From: Candidatus Altiarchaeota archaeon
GTDB taxonomy: Archaea; Altiarchaeota; Altiarchaeia; IMC4; QMZM01
NCBI GenBank assembly: GCA_016931955.1
Contig: JAFGDV010000012.1
Coordinates: 1-64,000 of the forward strand
DNA length: 64,000 nucleotides
Reading direction: 5' to 3'
Of this stretch, positions 10,002-18,493 are shown in pieces (the first letter of the stretch is position 1; every line of letters starts with the position of its first letter). A model generated the notes under the pieces. It ran no database searches. It saw only the letters and a list, made by a program, of their open reading frames with translations, and had not been told where the DNA came from. The translations under genes and the position numbers were made by a program.

Positions 10002-10456
10002 TGGATAGCCTCTACCATTTCGTCTTTGCCTTGGTCGGCGGCTATGTCCTTGTCAAGGGCTTGAATGTCCGGTATAGTTTTCCTTTCCTCGTTGTTCTGG
10101 CTTTTCTCTCTACCTTAATAGATGTTGACCATCTATGGCAATCCCAGATCTTCCATAATCTTTTTGTCCTCGTCCCAGTCTTATTTGTTTTCTTCGTCTC
10201 TTTTTTGTTCAAGCATCGGGGCATCAAACTCTATTCCCTGGTCTTGTTTGTCATGGTCTTCGGCCACTTGTTGGCTGATATGACCTTCGGCATCGGCATT
10301 CCCCTATTTTATCCTCTTAGTGATTCCATGCATCGTTTTCCTTCTTTTGTCATGGAGCCTAACTTTGTCTCTTCTTTTGGTATTGCCTTGTCTCTGTATT
10401 TTGGCTTTATCGCTGTTCTGGTGTTTTCTTACAGGGTGAGAAGATATTTTAACTGA
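10001..10456 (+). CDS. membrane-bound metal-dependent hydrolase (YdjM/DUF457-like)
   Basis: Motifs DVDH, FHN, GHLLAD and GIPLFYP; hydrophobic; TGATG coupling to the upstream gene. Confidence 0.75.
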   Translation: MDSLYHFVFALVGGYVLVKGLNVRYSFPFLVVLAFLSTLIDVDHLWQSQIFHNLFVLVPVLFVFFVSFLFKHRGIKLYSLVLFVMVFGHLLADMTFGIGIPLFYPLSDSMHRFPSFVMEPNFVSSFGIALSLYFGFIAVLVFSYRVRRYFN

Positions 10457-10568
10457 TTTATCCTAGATTTTCTTGTATTTTGTCCCACTTTTTTGGTTTT
10501 TAAATATAAAATGTAATATATTTAAGTCCTATTCTAACCTATGTTGTTGGAAGTGGGGGTGATTGATT

Positions 10569-11453
10569 ATGAAAAAAATCTTAAGCATTGTTTTCAGTAT
10601 CTTTATGTTGACTGTATATGCTTCGGCGTATACCATCGACGGTGACTTGTCTGACTGGGGCGTGACCCCATTCTCTGACTGGATACCTGGCAGCGACACA
10701 TGTGACTGGATCGTTGAAGACAACATCGACCCAGCCCGCACGGGCGATCCTGCCTACCCTGACTGGACGGGTTATTCTGCTACTGGCGTGCATATTCAGG
10801 GGACTGGTAGTTCATCTTCTACGTACAGTGAACCTGTGCTTAATCTTGTGGATTCTTGGTCAGCGGCTCATGGGGGCCATTATCTGCAGCCTGCTGGCGG
10901 CGAACACTACGACATCGAGGCCTTGTACTTTGACGATGACGCCTTTTACGCATATTTCGCCATTGTGACTTCTATGGATTCTAGCGGCTACACTGACCAG
11001 TATGGTAGGCACTGTGATCCAGGCGACTTGGCTCTTGACTTGGACAATAATGGAGTCTACGAGTACGGCATCTACTTGTACGGAGCAAACCAGGGCAAGA
11101 TCTGCCTTAATCCTACTTGGTCTACTCCAGGTAGTTTTCCGTCGAGTTACCCTGACGGCATAGCGAGCTGCAACAACCACGTCGGTAATGCCACTGTTGT
11201 GTATACAAGTGCTGGTGTCTCTGATAATTCAGTCAGCAACTACATAGTAGAGGTCCGAGCGCCTAAGACTGCCTTGGGTGAACCCATATATGGGCAGATC
11301 AGTGACCTGCATATCACGATGACATGCGGCAACGACATCATCGAGCTCTTAGAGTATACGTGGAATTTCCAGGTGCCTGAGTCCGCGGTCGCCGTGGCCT
11401 TGGTTTCTCTCTTGATTCCGGGCTTGATCTACGTTGCCAGAAAGAGGGAATAA
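10569..11453 (+). CDS. secreted PEF-CTERM-like surface protein (VPES variant tail)
   Basis: Signal peptide; IDGDLSDW N-terminal motif; C-terminal VPESAVAVALVSLLIPGLIYVARKRE (motif, TM helix, basic tail); GGGGGTGA RBS upstream. Confidence 0.8.
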   Translation: MKKILSIVFSIFMLTVYASAYTIDGDLSDWGVTPFSDWIPGSDTCDWIVEDNIDPARTGDPAYPDWTGYSATGVHIQGTGSSSSTYSEPVLNLVDSWSAAHGGHYLQPAGGEHYDIEALYFDDDAFYAYFAIVTSMDSSGYTDQYGRHCDPGDLALDLDNNGVYEYGIYLYGANQGKICLNPTWSTPGSFPSSYPDGIASCNNHVGNATVVYTSAGVSDNSVSNYIVEVRAPKTALGEPIYGQISDLHITMTCGNDIIELLEYTWNFQVPESAVAVALVSLLIPGLIYVARKRE

Positions 11454-11488
11454 ATCCCCTCTATTCCTTTTTTATTCTATTCTTCAGT

Positions 11489-11533
11489 TTATGTTTGTTT
11501 TTTCCTTCTATTTCTCGGAGCCAGTCGTCTATT
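11489..11533 (-). repeat. displaced copy F of the 3' end of gene 15514..17604
   Basis: TTTTTTCCTTCTATTTCTCGGAGCCAGTCGTCTATT; the minus strand reads IDDWLREIEGK. Confidence 0.85.
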
Positions 11534-11645
11534 AATTTGATGGTTTATAAGGTGACTTGAGGATATCCAGAGATTGGAGGTGTCTCCGTAAACCGTTTTC
11601 TTTAAGCCTCAAAGATTTAAGCAGCAAATACTGAGTATTAATGAG

Positions 11646-11888
11646 ATGAAAAAGAGGATTATGGGTAAAATATTCGAATTTCCGGTGATAATAGAGAGGG
11701 ATGAATGCGGATATTTCGCGTCATGTCCCCTGCTGCAGGGTTGCTATACGCAGGGAGAAACTTATGAGGAGGTTCTTGAGAATTTGAAGGACGCAATGAG
11801 GCTTCATATAAGAGACCGATTGGAGGCGAAAGAGGAGATCCCTTCTGTGCAGAACATTGCATTAACAACCGTAAGGGTTAGAGCATGA
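11646..11888 (+). CDS. hicB: type II TA antitoxin HicB
   Basis: FPVIIERDE.GYFASCPLLQGCYTQGETYEE signature; ATGA overlap with hicA. Confidence 0.9.
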   Translation: MKKRIMGKIFEFPVIIERDECGYFASCPLLQGCYTQGETYEEVLENLKDAMRLHIRDRLEAKEEIPSVQNIALTTVRVRA

Positions 11889-12115
11889 CTGGAAGGCTTC
11901 CGAGGTTGGATGTTAGGCGGGTAAGCAAGGTTCTTAAAAAACTTGGTTTCACGGTGGCTAGACAATCTGGCAGCCATATGATATTCAAAAATTCTGAGGG
12001 TAAGAGGATAACTCTCCCATATCATTCAAAGAGGATACTGCATCCGAAACTTTTAAAAAGCGTTCTGAAGGATGCTGGAGTATCCATTGAAGAATTCAAA
12101 AGGTTGCTTGGATAG
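11885..12115 (+). CDS. hicA: type II TA toxin HicA (mRNA interferase)
   Basis: LKKLGF...RQSGSHMIF...TLPYH signature. Confidence 0.9.
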   Translation: MTGRLPRLDVRRVSKVLKKLGFTVARQSGSHMIFKNSEGKRITLPYHSKRILHPKLLKSVLKDAGVSIEEFKRLLG

Positions 12116-12125
12116 ACTTCATCCC

Positions 12126-12614
12126 TTATTTTTTCCCTTCTATTGTTATTTTTTTCTCTAATTTGTTTCTTATTTCGTTTATTTTGTTTTCATCGAGTTT
12201 TTGTAGTGTGTATTTGCATTTAACGAGGAATTCTGGTGCTTTTTCAGTCATTTCATTATATTGTTCGTCTGGTATGTTCCTGTTTACATAGTATTGTGCG
12301 TCTATTCTTGCCTTTAGTGAATCCTTTAGGAAATCGATTTCTTCTTTTTTGAAGAACTCTTTGAGGTATTGTTTTGCGAATTCCACTGTGCATGAGTGTA
12401 TTTCGCATTTTATCCCTATTCTGACGAGAATTGAGTACAATGAAAAGTACATTGTATAGTAGGCGGTTGCTATCTCCCAGTCTTTTATTACATTGATTCT
12501 CATTGATTGGAGTGATTCTTCTGCTTTTTTTGTATATGCTTCTGCAAGGTTTGGGTTTGGTTCGACTAGGCTTATCCCTTCTTTCTTTTTCAGGCACCAG
12601 TTGATTTTATCCAT
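12126..12614 (-). CDS. HEPN domain protein
   Basis: Motifs TAYYTMYF, EIHSC and R-x4-Y (RIDAQY); coupled to the upstream MNT. Confidence 0.8.
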   Translation of the reverse strand: MDKINWCLKKKEGISLVEPNPNLAEAYTKKAEESLQSMRINVIKDWEIATAYYTMYFSLYSILVRIGIKCEIHSCTVEFAKQYLKEFFKKEEIDFLKDSLKARIDAQYYVNRNIPDEQYNEMTEKAPEFLVKCKYTLQKLDENKINEIRNKLEKKITIEGKK

Positions 12615-13197
12615 TTTTCAGGACTGTTCTTATGAATTCTTCTGTGTTTGAGAAGACTATGTGGTTGTCTAGTACCTCTTTTATGAGGATGTCATTCCAC
12701 ATGTTTTCTTGGAATATTTTTTTGGGATAGTTTTTGATGCTTGTTTCGATCCCGTACAGGCTGGATGCTTTTTTGGTTTCTTCTTTGTCGTAGTCTCCTG
12801 CAATGAATATGTCTAGGTCTGAGTTTTTTTCTTCGATGCCTTTTGCGTAGCTTCCGAATATTATGCCTATTCCATTGATTGAGGGGGTTATCTTTGTTAG
12901 TAGTTCTCTGATCATTGGTTTGTCTTTGAGGAAGGTTATTTTTTTGTATTGTTCGGTGAATATTAGATAGTCTTTTGCGGTTTCTGTTTTCTTTATTTTG
13001 TATGTTTTTATTTTACCTTTTGTTTTTGATTCTAGGACTGTTTTTTTTTCTAAGTCTCCCAGGATTAGTTGGGCTGTTCTTGGGCTTATCTCCAGGAGCT
13101 TCTGTACTTCTCTTATGTAGTGGTCTTTGTTGAAGCCTTTCGTGTATAAAGCCAATACTTGCAGGTGGTTTTCGGTTATGTTTATTTTTTTATACAT
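12607..13197 (-). CDS. wHTH-fused minimal nucleotidyltransferase (MNT)
   Basis: N-terminal HTH (HYIREVQKLLEISPRTAQ) and the GS-x10-DxD motif FGSYAKG...SDLDIF. Confidence 0.85.
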   Translation of the reverse strand: MYKKINITENHLQVLALYTKGFNKDHYIREVQKLLEISPRTAQLILGDLEKKTVLESKTKGKIKTYKIKKTETAKDYLIFTEQYKKITFLKDKPMIRELLTKITPSINGIGIIFGSYAKGIEEKNSDLDIFIAGDYDKEETKKASSLYGIETSIKNYPKKIFQENMWNDILIKEVLDNHIVFSNTEEFIRTVLKNG

Positions 13198-13198
13198 A

Positions 13199-13228
13199 TG
13201 TATTATTTAGAATACAATCGTATTTAAA
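13199..13228 (-). promoter_or_regulatory. putative operator and TATA box of the MNT-HEPN operon
   Basis: Inverted repeat TGTATT-N6-AATACA (13199-13216) immediately upstream of the start codon, next to a minus-strand TTTAAATA box. Confidence 0.45.
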
Positions 13229-13230
13229 CC

Positions 13231-13278
13231 CTAAGTTTTCTTTTTTCCTTCTATTTCTCGGAGCCAGTCGTCTATTGT
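13231..13278 (-). repeat. displaced copy D of the 3' end of gene 15514..17604
   Basis: The minus strand reads TIDDWLREIEGKKKT-stop. Confidence 0.9.
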
Positions 13279-13298
13279 TCTTTCAGAGGGTTTTATGC

Positions 13299-13643
13299 TC
13301 AGAAATCGATCTCTTTTATGGTTTGTTGTAGTAGTGGTTTGATTTTCGGCATTCTTTCTTTGATGGTTTCCCAGATAAGTTTATAGTCTACTCCAGAGTA
13401 GAAATGTATTAGTCTGTCTCTCATGCCGGCCATTTCTTTCCATGGGATTTCGGGGTGTTTTCACCGTATTTCTTCGGGGATGTGTTTTGTTGCCTCTCCT
13501 ATGATTTCTAGCTTCCTCACTACGGCGCTTGCGGTTTTGTCGTCTTCTCTGAATTTTTCGAAGTCTGATTTACCTACGAATTCTTCGATTTTTTCCACTG
13601 CCTCCAGTATGTCTTTCAAGTAGATCATATGGTCTCTTTTCAT
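13299..13643 (-). pseudogene. hepT: DUF86/HepT-like HEPN RNase toxin with an in-frame TGA
   Basis: The frame continues past TGA (13461-13463): [40 protein letters not shown]...EIDF*, 115 codons, essentially the length of the intact paralogs. The R-x4-H motif lies after the stop. Confidence 0.85.
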
Positions 13644-13933
13644 ATGGGAGTCGCCTCTTTTAATATGCTTTCCTTGAGTTCTTTTCTCAGCGCTCTTCTT
13701 GGTATGATGTCGACTTTTGTGTTTAGTTTTTCTTCGAGGAATAGTGCGAGCCCTGTCAGGTCTATGAGGTCGGCGTCTTCTTTGAAGTCTACTAGTAGGT
13801 CTATGTCGCTTTCTTTTTTGGTCTCGTTTCGGACGTAGGAGCCGAATACTTCTATCTTTTTTATCTTGTATTTCTTGTATAGTTCTGTTTTGTATTCTTT
13901 TAGGGTGTTTTTTATCTCATCAAGTGGTTTCAT
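13640..13933 (-). CDS. mntA: minimal nucleotidyltransferase antitoxin (MntA-like)
   Basis: FGSYVRNE...SDIDLLV motif; ATGA-coupled to the DUF86 gene. Confidence 0.9.
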   Translation of the reverse strand: MKPLDEIKNTLKEYKTELYKKYKIKKIEVFGSYVRNETKKESDIDLLVDFKEDADLIDLTGLALFLEEKLNTKVDIIPRRALRKELKESILKEATPI

Positions 13934-13964
13934 ATCATTATATCTTTGATTTTTTTGTATTAAA

Positions 13965-14077
13965 CCTAGGTCTTTCCTTCTATTTCTCGGAGCCAGTCGT
14001 CTATTGTCTTCTCTACTTCCGCCAGTTTGTGGTGTTCCTGCAGCGGTTTTATATCCACCAAAAAGAAATAGTTAATT
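13965..14077. repeat. displaced copy C of the 15514..17604 tail, plus a duplicated TA promoter region
   Basis: Near-identical to 14734-14852, with a small deletion after CCTAGG. Includes TTTTATATCCACCAAAAAGAAATAGTTAATT. Confidence 0.9.
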
Positions 14078-14091
14078 TGGTAGGTGTTTTG

Positions 14092-14394
14092 ATGGAAAAA
14101 ATCAAAGTAAACGATAGGTTGGTGAATTTTAAGAGGAAGGTTATTCCCGTCCTTAAGCGAAACGGTGTGGTGAGGGCGGGGGTGTTCGGCTCATTTGCTC
14201 GTGGGGAGGCTAAGAAGGGTAGTGACGTTGATATCCTGATTGAAATAAGGGGTAGGAAGAGCCTTTTTGATCTTGCGAGGTTGGAGATTGAGTTAGAGAA
14301 AAGGGTGGGACAGAAGGTGGATGTGGTTGAATATTCAACAGTTCATCCTCTGCTGAAGGATAGGATCTTGAAAGAGGAAGTGCAGGTACTATGA
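14092..14394 (+). CDS. mntA: minimal nucleotidyltransferase antitoxin (MntA-like)
   Basis: FGSFARGE...SDVDILIE motif. Start at ATG 14092 (MEKIK); the upstream extension in the ORF track runs through repeat DNA. Confidence 0.9.
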   Translation: MEKIKVNDRLVNFKRKVIPVLKRNGVVRAGVFGSFARGEAKKGSDVDILIEIRGRKSLFDLARLEIELEKRVGQKVDVVEYSTVHPLLKDRILKEEVQVL

Positions 14395-14738
14395 AAAAGG
14401 ATGTGCGTGTGTTTCTGTTGGATATCCTGGAGTGTATTGAGAAGATTGAGGAATACACTGGTGACATAAGCAAGGAGGAATTTCTTGGGGAGACATGGAT
14501 TCAGGATGCAGTGCTCAGACGAGTGGAGGTCATCGGTGAAGCTGCGAAGAATATACCTGATAGTTTCAAGAAGACTCATCCGGGTTTGCCTTGGAGTGAG
14601 ATGGCTAGGACGAGGGATAGGCTTATCCATGGATATTTTGGTGTTAATCTTGAGCGTGTTTGGGTTATTGTGAAGGATGATCTCCCTGACTTGAAGAAGA
14701 AGATCAAGAAGATCCAAGAGGATCTGGAAACATCCTAG
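14391..14738 (+). CDS. hepT: DUF86/HepT-like HEPN RNase toxin
   Basis: Motifs QDAVLRRVEVIGEA and R-x4-H (RDRLIHGYFG). Confidence 0.9.
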   Translation: MKKDVRVFLLDILECIEKIEEYTGDISKEEFLGETWIQDAVLRRVEVIGEAAKNIPDSFKKTHPGLPWSEMARTRDRLIHGYFGVNLERVWVIVKDDLPDLKKKIKKIQEDLETS

Positions 14739-14852
14739 GTCTTCTTTTTTCCGTCTATTTCTCGGAGCCAGTCGTCTATTGTCTTCTCTACTTCCGCCAG
14801 TTTGTGGTGTTCCTGCGGCGGTTTTATATCCACCAAAAAGAAATAGTTAATT
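14677..14852. repeat. displaced copy B: direct repeat of the hepT end plus the 15514..17604 tail
   Basis: 14677-14816 matches 15456-15595 (140 bp, 4 mismatches by eye); the right part also matches copy C. Confidence 0.92.
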
Positions 14853-14864
14853 GTAGATGTTGTG

Positions 14865-15173
14865 ATGGAAAAGGTTGTGCTACGTGATAAGCGTTTAATG
14901 GATTTGGGGAGGAGGATAGTTCCTGTACTTAAACGTAACAAGGTTGTGCGGGCAGGGATTTTTGGTTCGTTCGCGAGGGGGGACTTCAAGAGGGGTAGTG
15001 ATATCGATATCTTGATCGAGGTGAAGGCGAAGAAATTTAGTTTATTTGATTTGGTTGGGCTTGAATTGGAATTGAAGAAGGTGTTGGGGAGAGATGTGGA
15101 TTTGTTGACGTATAATGGGATTAATCCTCTCTTGAGGGATAGGATCTTGGGGGAGGAGGTAAGGATAATATGA
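14865..15173 (+). CDS. mntA: minimal nucleotidyltransferase antitoxin (MntA-like)
   Basis: FGSFARGD...SDIDILIE motif; paralog of 14092..14394. Confidence 0.9.
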   Translation: MEKVVLRDKRLMDLGRRIVPVLKRNKVVRAGIFGSFARGDFKRGSDIDILIEVKAKKFSLFDLVGLELELKKVLGRDVDLLTYNGINPLLRDRILGEEVRII

Positions 15174-15517
15174 AAAAAGAGCCGTTGATTTTTATTAAGC
15201 ACATATTGGGGAGTATTGAGAACATAGAATCTTTTTCTCGGGGACTTTCTAAGAGTGAATTTTCGGGGGATAGATTGAGGCAGAGTGCTGTTATTAGGGA
15301 AATAGAGATAATCGGGGAAGCTGTGAAGAATTTGCCCACAGAATTCACGGTCAAGTATCCTAGTGTGGAGTGGAGCAGGATTGCCGGTACCCGCGATAAA
15401 GTAATCCATCACTATTTTGGAGTTGATGCGGACGTTATCTGGGATATTATAGAATATGATCTCCCTGACTTGAAGGAGAAGATCAAGAAGATCCAAGAGG
15501 ATCTGGAAACATCCTAG
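15170..15517 (+). CDS. hepT: DUF86/HepT-like HEPN RNase toxin
   Basis: Motifs QSAVIREIEIIGEA and RDKVIHHYFG. Its stop shares a CTAG with the convergent gene. Confidence 0.9.
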   Translation: MKKEPLIFIKHILGSIENIESFSRGLSKSEFSGDRLRQSAVIREIEIIGEAVKNLPTEFTVKYPSVEWSRIAGTRDKVIHHYFGVDADVIWDIIEYDLPDLKEKIKKIQEDLETS

Positions 15518-17604
15518 GTCTTCTTTTTTCCGTCTATTTCCTTGAGCCAGTCGTCTATTGTCTTCTCTACTTCCGCCAGTTTGTGGTGTTCCTGCAGTAG
15601 TTTTTCTTTTTTCTGGTGTATTTGTTCCCACCATTTTTCGACTTCTTCTGGGGTCTTTGGCATCCGGTGGTGTTCTTCGGTGGTCTTCTTTATTATCAAT
15701 GTGGCGGCTATTATGCTTACTACCAGCATTACTATTAGCACCTCTGTTATCGGCAGCTCTCCCTCTTTTTTAGGTGTCAATGGTTCTGGGTCTATTAGGT
15801 CTTCTATTCCGTCTCCGTCTGTGTCTTTGTTGTATGGGTTCGTGCCTTTCTGGCTTTCTTCGTAATCTGTTAGCCCGTCTTTGTCTGAGTCTATGAACAT
15901 GGTCTCTGGTTGCAGTGGGTGGGGGTCTATTCCGTCTATCAGCTTGTCTCCGTCTGTGTCGTTTTTGTATGGGTCTGTTCCCATCATCGTCTCATTGTAG
16001 TTGCTGAGTCCGTCCTTGTCTGAGTCTATGAACAGGTCCTTGTGCAGTAACGGGTATTTGTCTAGTGAGTCTATCATCCCGTCGCCGTCTGTGTCGTTGT
16101 TGTATGGGTCTGTGCCTATCCTTAATTCATCATAGTCTAGTATTCCGTCTCCGTCGGCATCGTATATGAGGTCTTCTTTTATGAGTGGGTGCGGGTCGTA
16201 CATGTCTGTTATCCCGTCGCCGTCTGTGTCTACGTTATAGGGGTTTGTCCCGCTCATTGTCTCGTTGTAGTCGCTTAGTCCGTCTCCGTCTGAGTCCGTG
16301 TAGAGGTCTTCTGTTTCCAGTGGGTGGGGGTCCATTGAATCCGGTAATCCATCCCCGTCGGTGTCTTTGTTTGTCTTGTTCGTCCCCATCACCTTCTCCA
16401 CGTAGTCTATGACTCCGTCCTCGTCTGTGTCGTTTGTGTACCCGAATAGGTACATCTTGTTGTCGTTGGCTCCTATCAGTAGTTCGGGTATTTTGTCTCC
16501 GTTCAGGTCCACTATCTTTGGTGTTGACTGTATTGAGGTGTTCAGCCAGTGGCTCCATTTCCTGGTCAGGTTCCAATCCAGCACATATATTGTCCCCTTT
16601 GTCGTGGCCACTATTATATCTTTTCTGCCGTCTAGGTCTATGTCTTCTACTTGTGGTTTCGTTTTTATGGCGCCGTCTAGTGTTGTCTTCTTTTTGAGTT
16701 TTCCGTTGTAGTCTAGCATGTACAGGTTTTTGTCTGTTGACCCGAATATTACCTCTGTTGTTCCATTGTTGTCTATGTTGTTTATCGTCGGAGCCGCCTC
16801 TATCCCTCCCTTCGTTGTGTAGTTCCATCTCCTGTATACTTCGTAGACGTCGTATTCTTTTCCAGTCGTCTTTCTATGCCCTAGTGAATGCATTATTCCG
16901 TCCCCTGATCCTGCGAATATTTCTCTCCCGTTTGTTTCCACCGCTAGTATGTCTCCTCCTGTCTGGTAGCTCCATATTGACAGCATCGGGTATTTTATTA
17001 TGTATACTTTGTTGTCGTCTGATCCTAGTATTATCTCTGGTTCTTTGTCTGCGTCTATGTCTGTTATCTTTGGCGTTGACTGTATTTTGTCCATGGTCTT
17101 GTATTCCCACACGTGTTTTCCTTTTAGGTCTAGTAGGTATATTCTCGCGTCTCCTGACGTCAACGCTATCAGTTGTTTTCCTTTGAATTCGCCTGTCGCC
17201 GCTGCTCCCATTATTTTCCCCTTGGTCGTGTAGTTCCACATATGTGTTCCATTACTGTTTATCGCGTACACTATTCCATCCCATGCTCCTACTATCACGT
17301 CCTTTAGTGTGTCGTTGTTTAGGTCTATCAGTAATGGAGTTGAGGATATGCTTCCCCCTGTCTTGTAGCTCCATTCTTCTCTTCCTAGCGCGTCTACCAC
17401 ATATATTTTTCCGTCTCGGCTTCCGTATATTATCTCCGTTATTGTGTCGTTGTCTATGTCTGCTGTTGCCGGCGCCCCTGTATTCCAGTTTTCTGCTGTG
17501 TGCGTCCATATTATCCCGAATCCCTCTAAACTGAGGTTTTCCTGTGCTGTCGCCTGCATCGTCAGTATCAGCAGCATTATCGTGATTGCTTTTTTTGTCT
17601 GCAT
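15514..17604 (-). CDS. secreted membrane-anchored protein: FG-GAP/PQQ-like beta-propeller plus thrombospondin type 3-like Ca-binding repeats
   Basis: Signal peptide; repeated D(I/L)(D/N).D...EII.GS.D blades; about five GTNP.N.DTDGDG..D..DP.PL repeats; C-terminal TM helix and cytoplasmic tail. Confidence 0.88.
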   Translation of the reverse strand: MQTKKAITIMLLILTMQATAQENLSLEGFGIIWTHTAENWNTGAPATADIDNDTITEIIYGSRDGKIYVVDALGREEWSYKTGGSISSTPLLIDLNNDTLKDVIVGAWDGIVYAINSNGTHMWNYTTKGKIMGAAATGEFKGKQLIALTSGDARIYLLDLKGKHVWEYKTMDKIQSTPKITDIDADKEPEIILGSDDNKVYIIKYPMLSIWSYQTGGDILAVETNGREIFAGSGDGIMHSLGHRKTTGKEYDVYEVYRRWNYTTKGGIEAAPTINNIDNNGTTEVIFGSTDKNLYMLDYNGKLKKKTTLDGAIKTKPQVEDIDLDGRKDIIVATTKGTIYVLDWNLTRKWSHWLNTSIQSTPKIVDLNGDKIPELLIGANDNKMYLFGYTNDTDEDGVIDYVEKVMGTNKTNKDTDGDGLPDSMDPHPLETEDLYTDSDGDGLSDYNETMSGTNPYNVDTDGDGITDMYDPHPLIKEDLIYDADGDGILDYDELRIGTDPYNNDTDGDGMIDSLDKYPLLHKDLFIDSDKDGLSNYNETMMGTDPYKNDTDGDKLIDGIDPHPLQPETMFIDSDKDGLTDYEESQKGTNPYNKDTDGDGIEDLIDPEPLTPKKEGELPITEVLIVMLVVSIIAATLIIKKTTEEHHRMPKTPEEVEKWWEQIHQKKEKLLQEHHKLAEVEKTIDDWLKEIDGKKKT

Positions 17605-17636
17605 TTTAGTATATTATTAATTCTCTTTCGATTAAA

Positions 17637-17933
17637 ATGGATGTCTTATCTCTTGTTCGGGTTGTCTTGGGTCTTTTCTTTTATCTCTTTGTCCCCGGCT
17701 TCGCAGTGTCTTATGCCATCTTCCCCAAGGAAGAGATCGACTTGATTGAAAGGATCACTCTTTCTCTGGCCTTCAGCGTCACCATGACTCCCTTATTCGT
17801 CTTAATCCTGAATCTTTCTCTCGGAGTCGAATATTTTCCCATCGACCTTCTTCATTCTCTCCTGGCCTCTCTTTTCCTGATCTTTGTTTCCTGTCTTGTC
17901 TGGCTTTATAGGGTGGGTCGTCTGAGATTTTGA
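17637..17933 (+). CDS. DUF1616-like small membrane protein
   Basis: LGLFFYLFVPGFAVSYAIFP..IDLIERITLS is the typical N-terminus of this archaeal family; three hydrophobic segments. Confidence 0.75.
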   Translation: MDVLSLVRVVLGLFFYLFVPGFAVSYAIFPKEEIDLIERITLSLAFSVTMTPLFVLILNLSLGVEYFPIDLLHSLLASLFLIFVSCLVWLYRVGRLRF

Positions 17934-17973
17934 TTTTTTTGTCTGTATGAGTGCGAGCCTACTATTATCTCTG

Positions 17974-18103
17974 TTCATCATGTCTATTTCCCTTCGTCTT
18001 CTTTGTTGTTGGCTGCAGTTGTAGGTGATCTTGGCGGGAGTGTGTTTTAGAGTTTCTGTAGGGTGTTTTTTGTTTTGTCTATTAGTTCTTCTATGTTGTC
18101 TGC
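17974..18103. repeat. composite displaced fragment: PEF-CTERM tail remnant plus the 3' end of abiEii
   Basis: 18013-18103 matches 18974-19064 (91 bp, 3 mismatches); 18004-18027 matches 24918-24941 at 23/24; 17974-17992 is identical to 22805-22823. Confidence 0.88.
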
Positions 18104-18244
18104 AGCTGTTATGTATTGTTGTTCTTTGTATAGCGTTTTGTGGTGTCTCTGTTCTCTGCTGGGTTTTAGGAGGCGAACAATATTGTGTTGTAGGGTGTGG
18201 GGGACTATAGTTGGGGGGTGGTGTCTGTGAACTCTTTTGAGGGG

Positions 18245-18493
18245 TTATTTGTAGATGTTTTTTCTGTGCCCTATCTTTAGGACTAGGATTAGGAGTTTGT
18301 CTTTTTCTATGTCCATTAGGATTCGGTGGTCTCCGACTCTTAGTTTGTAGCCGGGGTCTCCCACTAGTTTGGTGACGTGGGCTTCGGGTCGTATTCTGAT
18401 TCTTTCTATTGCCGAGATTATTCTTTCCTGCTGTTCTCGTCCGAGTTTTTTGTATTGTTTTTTGGCTGTGTCTGAGAAGAAGACGTCGTACAT
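18245..18493 (-). CDS. relE: type II TA toxin, RelE/ParE family
   Basis: YDVFFSDTAKKQYKKL...YKLRVGDHRIL...KIGHRKNIY signature. Confidence 0.9.
   Translation of the reverse strand: MYDVFFSDTAKKQYKKLGREQQERIISAIERIRIRPEAHVTKLVGDPGYKLRVGDHRILMDIEKDKLLILVLKIGHRKNIYK

Noticed and set aside
13461-13463. Selenocysteine or TGA recoding
   Set aside because: The position is not Cys in paralogs, it is a single case, and TGA terminates many genes here.
11489-15595. CRISPR array or integron attC interpretation of the repeats
   Set aside because: Spacers are 0.7-1.7 kb gene pairs, the repeats vary in length, are not palindromic and derive from coding sequence. No cas or intI gene is in the window.
14677-15595. 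Diversity-generating retroelement template/variable repeat pair
   Set aside because: Mismatches are few and not confined to adenines on one strand, and no reverse transcriptase is in the window.
14735-15634. 299-aa minus-strand ORF ending in the same QEHHKLAEVEKTIDDWL tail
   Set aside because: It is an antisense shadow of a clear MNT-HepT pair. Its ends are simply repeat copies A (read in another frame) and B, with no coherent domain.
15790-16430. Tandem ~120-bp DNA repeats
   Set aside because: Fully explained by the encoded DTDGDG Ca-binding protein repeats.
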